DNA from: a virus
UHGV virus genome: UHGV-0337515
Reading direction: 5' to 3' (one strand)
DNA length: 18,996 bases
Shown here: in pieces, positions 16,755 to 18,996 of the stretch
Layout: every line of letters starts with the position of its first letter
Numbering within the stretch: the first letter of the stretch is position 1
Translations under genes and position numbers: made by a program
The notes under the pieces: model-generated
The model's database searches: none
Seen by the model: the letters and a program-made list of their open reading frames with translations, nothing else
What the model was told of the DNA's origin: nothing

Positions 16755-16970
16755 ATGACGCTTGAGCGAATCAGCGCCTTTATCACGTATTGCATCGCCG
16801 TCGTGCTGGCCTGGCTGGGCGATTTGTCCATCAAGGATGCCTCAACGCTGGGCGGCCTGATGATCGGTGTGCTGATGCTGGCTATCAACTGGTACTACAA
16901 ACACAAAGCCTACCAGCTTCTGCGCGACGGGCAGATCTCGCGGGAGGACTATGAATCCATCAATCGTTAA
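16755..16970 (+). CDS. Holin (two hydrophobic segments, charged C-terminus)
   Basis: 71 aa with two hydrophobic helices and a charged tail (…YYKHKAYQLLRDGQISREDYESINR), at the holin position before the endolysin. Confidence 0.65.
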   Translation: MTLERISAFITYCIAVVLAWLGDLSIKDASTLGGLMIGVLMLAINWYYKHKAYQLLRDGQISREDYESINR

Positions 16971-17109
16971 ACGCTGCCTTGTCGGGGCCGTGCTGGCTAT
17001 TGCTGCCACGCTGCCGGGGTTTCAGCAGCTTCACACCTCCGTGGAGGGGCTGAAACTGATTGCCGATTACGAAGGCTGTCGTCTGCAGCCGTATCAGTGC
17101 AGCGCGGGT
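16951..17109 (+). pseudogene. N-terminal stub of a SAR-type endolysin (GH24 lysozyme); remainder deleted
   Basis: MNPSIVKRCLVGAVLAIAATLPGF…EGLKLIADYEGCRLQPYQCSAG parallels the P1 Lyz N-terminus (…AGLELIGNAEGCRRDPYMCPAGVWTDGIG…). After about residue 53 the frame runs out of frame into gene U. Confidence 0.7.
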
Positions 17110-17110
17110 G

Positions 17111-17590
17111 ATGGTGCTGGGATTGTACGTGTTTATGCTGCGCACCGTTCCGTATCAGGAACTGCAGTATCAACGCAGCTGGCGACATGCGGCAAACAGT
17201 CGGGTAAACCGACGTCCGTCCACGCAGTTTCTGGGACCGGAAAACGACATGCTGACGCTTTCCGGTGTTCTTATGCCGGAGATAACAGGCGGCAGGCTGT
17301 CGTTGCTGGCACTGGAGCAGATGGCAGAACAGGGGAAAGCATGGCCCCTGATTGAAGGCAGTGGCACGATTTACGGTATGTATGTGATTGAGGGACTGAA
17401 TCAGACTAAAACGGAGTTTTTCCGCGATGGTATGCCGCGCCGGATTGAGTTTACCCTGTCGCTCAAACGGGTGGATGAATCCCTGTCCGATATGTTCGGT
17501 GATCTCAGTGCGCAGCTGAATAATTTGCAGGATACGGTAACGTCTGCCTTAAGCGATATCAGTAAAACGGTGGGAGGGCTGCTGTCGTGA
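17111..17590 (+). CDS. U: Tail protein U (P2 gpU family)
   Basis: MVLGLYVFMLRTVPYQELQYQRSWRHAANSRV…LSGVLMPEITGG…AWPLIEGSGTIYGMYVI…RVDESL matches P2 gpU. Its usual upstream context is replaced by the endolysin stub and no good SD is visible. Confidence 0.8.
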   Translation: MVLGLYVFMLRTVPYQELQYQRSWRHAANSRVNRRPSTQFLGPENDMLTLSGVLMPEITGGRLSLLALEQMAEQGKAWPLIEGSGTIYGMYVIEGLNQTKTEFFRDGMPRRIEFTLSLKRVDESLSDMFGDLSAQLNNLQDTVTSALSDISKTVGGLLS

Positions 17591-18687
17591 ATTTCAGCTC
17601 TGAACTGCTTAACAAAGGCAACAAAACTCCGGCATTTAGCATCAGTATTGAAGGCAGGGATATCACTACTGTGCTGGACAACCGCCTGATGGGGCTTACG
17701 CTGACGGATAACCGGGGCTTTGAAGCGGACCAGCTTGATCTGGAGCTGGACGACGCCGATGGAAAAATCGTGCTGCCGCGCCGTGGTGCGGTCATTACGC
17801 TGGCGCTGGGCTGGAAGGGGCAGCCGCTTTTCCCGAAAGGGGCATTCACGGTGGACGAGATTGAACACACTGGCGCACCGGACCGCCTGACTATCCGGGC
17901 GCGAAGTGCTGATTTTCGTGAAACACTGAATACCCGCCGTGAAAAGTCGTGGCACAAGACCACCGTTGGGGAAGTGGTGAAGGAAATAGCTGCGCGGCAC
18001 AAACTGAAGATGGCATTGGGTAAAGACCTGTCAGATAAACCCGTGGAACATATAGATCAGACCAATGAGAGTGACGGCAGTTTTCTGATGCGGCTGGCGC
18101 GCCAGTACGGTGCTATTGCGTCGGTGAAAAATGGCAATCTGTTATTCATCCGACAGGGGCAGGGTAAAAGCGCCAGTGGTAAACCACTACCGGTTATCAC
18201 TATCACACGTAAGGACGGCGACAGTCACCGCTTTACCCTGGCAGATCGCGGAGCTTACACGGGCGTAATTGCCAGCTGGTTGCATACCCGCGAACCCGCG
18301 AAGAAAGAAAGCACCGCGGTGAAGCGTAAGCGCAGGACTAAGAAGCAGAAGAAAGAGCCGGAAACGAAGCAGGGCGATTATCTGGTGGGTACGGATGAAA
18401 ACGTGCTGGTACTTAATCGCACCTATGCTAATCGGAGTAACGCCGAACGGGCAGCGAAAATGCAGTGGGAACGCCTGCAACGCGGCGTTGCGTCATTCTC
18501 GCTACAACTGGCGGAAGGGCGGGCAGATCTCTACACGGAAATGCCAGTGAAAGTCAGTGGCTTTAAACAGCCGATAGATGATGCGGAATGGACCATTACG
18601 ACTCTGACGCATACCGTCAGCCCCGATAACGGTTTTACAACCAGTCTGGAGCTTGAAGTGAGGATTGATGATTTCGAAATGGAATGA
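17587..18687 (+). CDS. D: Tail protein D (P2 gpD family)
   Basis: 366-aa ORF with GTG start overlapping the U stop and GGGAGGG upstream; last tail gene before ogr as in P2. Confidence 0.85.
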   Translation: MNFSSELLNKGNKTPAFSISIEGRDITTVLDNRLMGLTLTDNRGFEADQLDLELDDADGKIVLPRRGAVITLALGWKGQPLFPKGAFTVDEIEHTGAPDRLTIRARSADFRETLNTRREKSWHKTTVGEVVKEIAARHKLKMALGKDLSDKPVEHIDQTNESDGSFLMRLARQYGAIASVKNGNLLFIRQGQGKSASGKPLPVITITRKDGDSHRFTLADRGAYTGVIASWLHTREPAKKESTAVKRKRRTKKQKKEPETKQGDYLVGTDENVLVLNRTYANRSNAERAAKMQWERLQRGVASFSLQLAEGRADLYTEMPVKVSGFKQPIDDAEWTITTLTHTVSPDNGFTTSLELEVRIDDFEME

Positions 18688-18777
18688 TTCTTCGCAATGG
18701 AGAACTTTTAAGTTTGCAAAATGGAATAATGCGGTATCATTATTGTGAATTTAGCAAAAATGGGGAGAACTCGAAAA

Positions 18778-18996
18778 ATGATGATTTGCCCACTGTGTGG
18801 AAGTGCCGCCCATACTCGCAGCAGTTTTCAGGTATCTTCATTGACCAAAGAGCGTTACAACCAGTGCCAGAACATTAACTGCAGCCATACTTTTGTTACC
18901 CATGAAACTTTTGTTCGTTCGATTGCAACGCCAAAAGAGTCAAATCCGGTTCAGCCACATCCAATGAAATCAGGACAGGTGGCGCTCTCTCTTTGA
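18778..18996 (+). CDS. ogr: Late-gene transcriptional activator Ogr (zinc finger; 186 B family)
   Basis: 72 aa from ATG 18778: MMICPLCGSAAHTRSSF…KERYNQCQNINCSHTFVTHETF…PHPMKSGQ matches P2 Ogr (CPLC…CQN.NCS zinc finger). Stop codon is the last three bases of the window. Confidence 0.9.
   Translation: MMICPLCGSAAHTRSSFQVSSLTKERYNQCQNINCSHTFVTHETFVRSIATPKESNPVQPHPMKSGQVALSL

Larger units (their letters stand above)
140..18996. mobile_element. Defective P2/186-family prophage (int end to ogr; right boundary lies beyond the window)
   Basis: Gene order int, cI, apl, cII, A, tum-like, cos-like, Q, P, O, N, M, L, X, holin, lysozyme, U, D, ogr is the circular permutation of a P2/186 genome expected after integration at an att site between ogr and int. 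Left boundary is approximate. Confidence 0.85.

Noticed and set aside
16951-17355. 134-aa ORF read as an intact endolysin
   Set aside because: Only the first ~53 residues resemble a lysozyme; the rest is out-of-frame read-through of gene U.
17401-18002. Minus-strand ORFs of 199 and 147 aa overlapping U and D
   Set aside because: Antisense to tail genes with clear P2 homology; no RBS.
18684-18878. 64-aa ORF between D and ogr
   Set aside because: Overlaps the ogr promoter and start in another frame; ogr is the supported gene here.
1-18996. CRISPR arrays, tRNA or rRNA genes, IS elements or transposases
   Set aside because: No spacer-repeat periodicity, no tRNA-like cloverleaf signatures (checked especially 134-285 near the att region), and no transposase-like ORFs or terminal inverted repeats at the deletion junctions.

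Overview
The window is almost entirely a P2/186-family prophage, read from its integrase end to its ogr end, and it looks defective. Identifications rest on reading the ORF translations against remembered P2, 186, P1 and Thoeris protein sequences; no database search was run. Left to right: a short host gene tail, a terminator hairpin and direct repeats (probable attL region), then a leftward lysogeny operon (186-type CI repressor, a small secreted Cys-rich peptide, tyrosine integrase, a small HTH-like ORF). Rightward follow Apl/Cox-like and CII genes, several small early ORFs, a TraR/DksA zinc-finger protein, a Dam-like methyltransferase and the replication initiator A. Next come a LexA-box-controlled Tum/DinI-like module, a lipoprotein gene, a cos-like sequence, and a markedly AT-rich two-gene cassette with its own promoter and terminator. 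Finally the late genes: portal Q and terminase P (minus strand), scaffold O, a truncated capsid gene N, M, L, X, holin, an endolysin stub fused to tail genes U and D, and ogr. Two deletions make the element defective: an in-frame internal loss in capsid gene N, and loss of most of the lysis and tail block. The most interesting feature is the AT-rich cassette between A and Q: a 2-TM membrane protein translationally coupled to a TIR-like (ThsB-like) protein, a candidate anti-phage abortive-infection system. No rRNA, tRNA, CRISPR array or IS element was seen.
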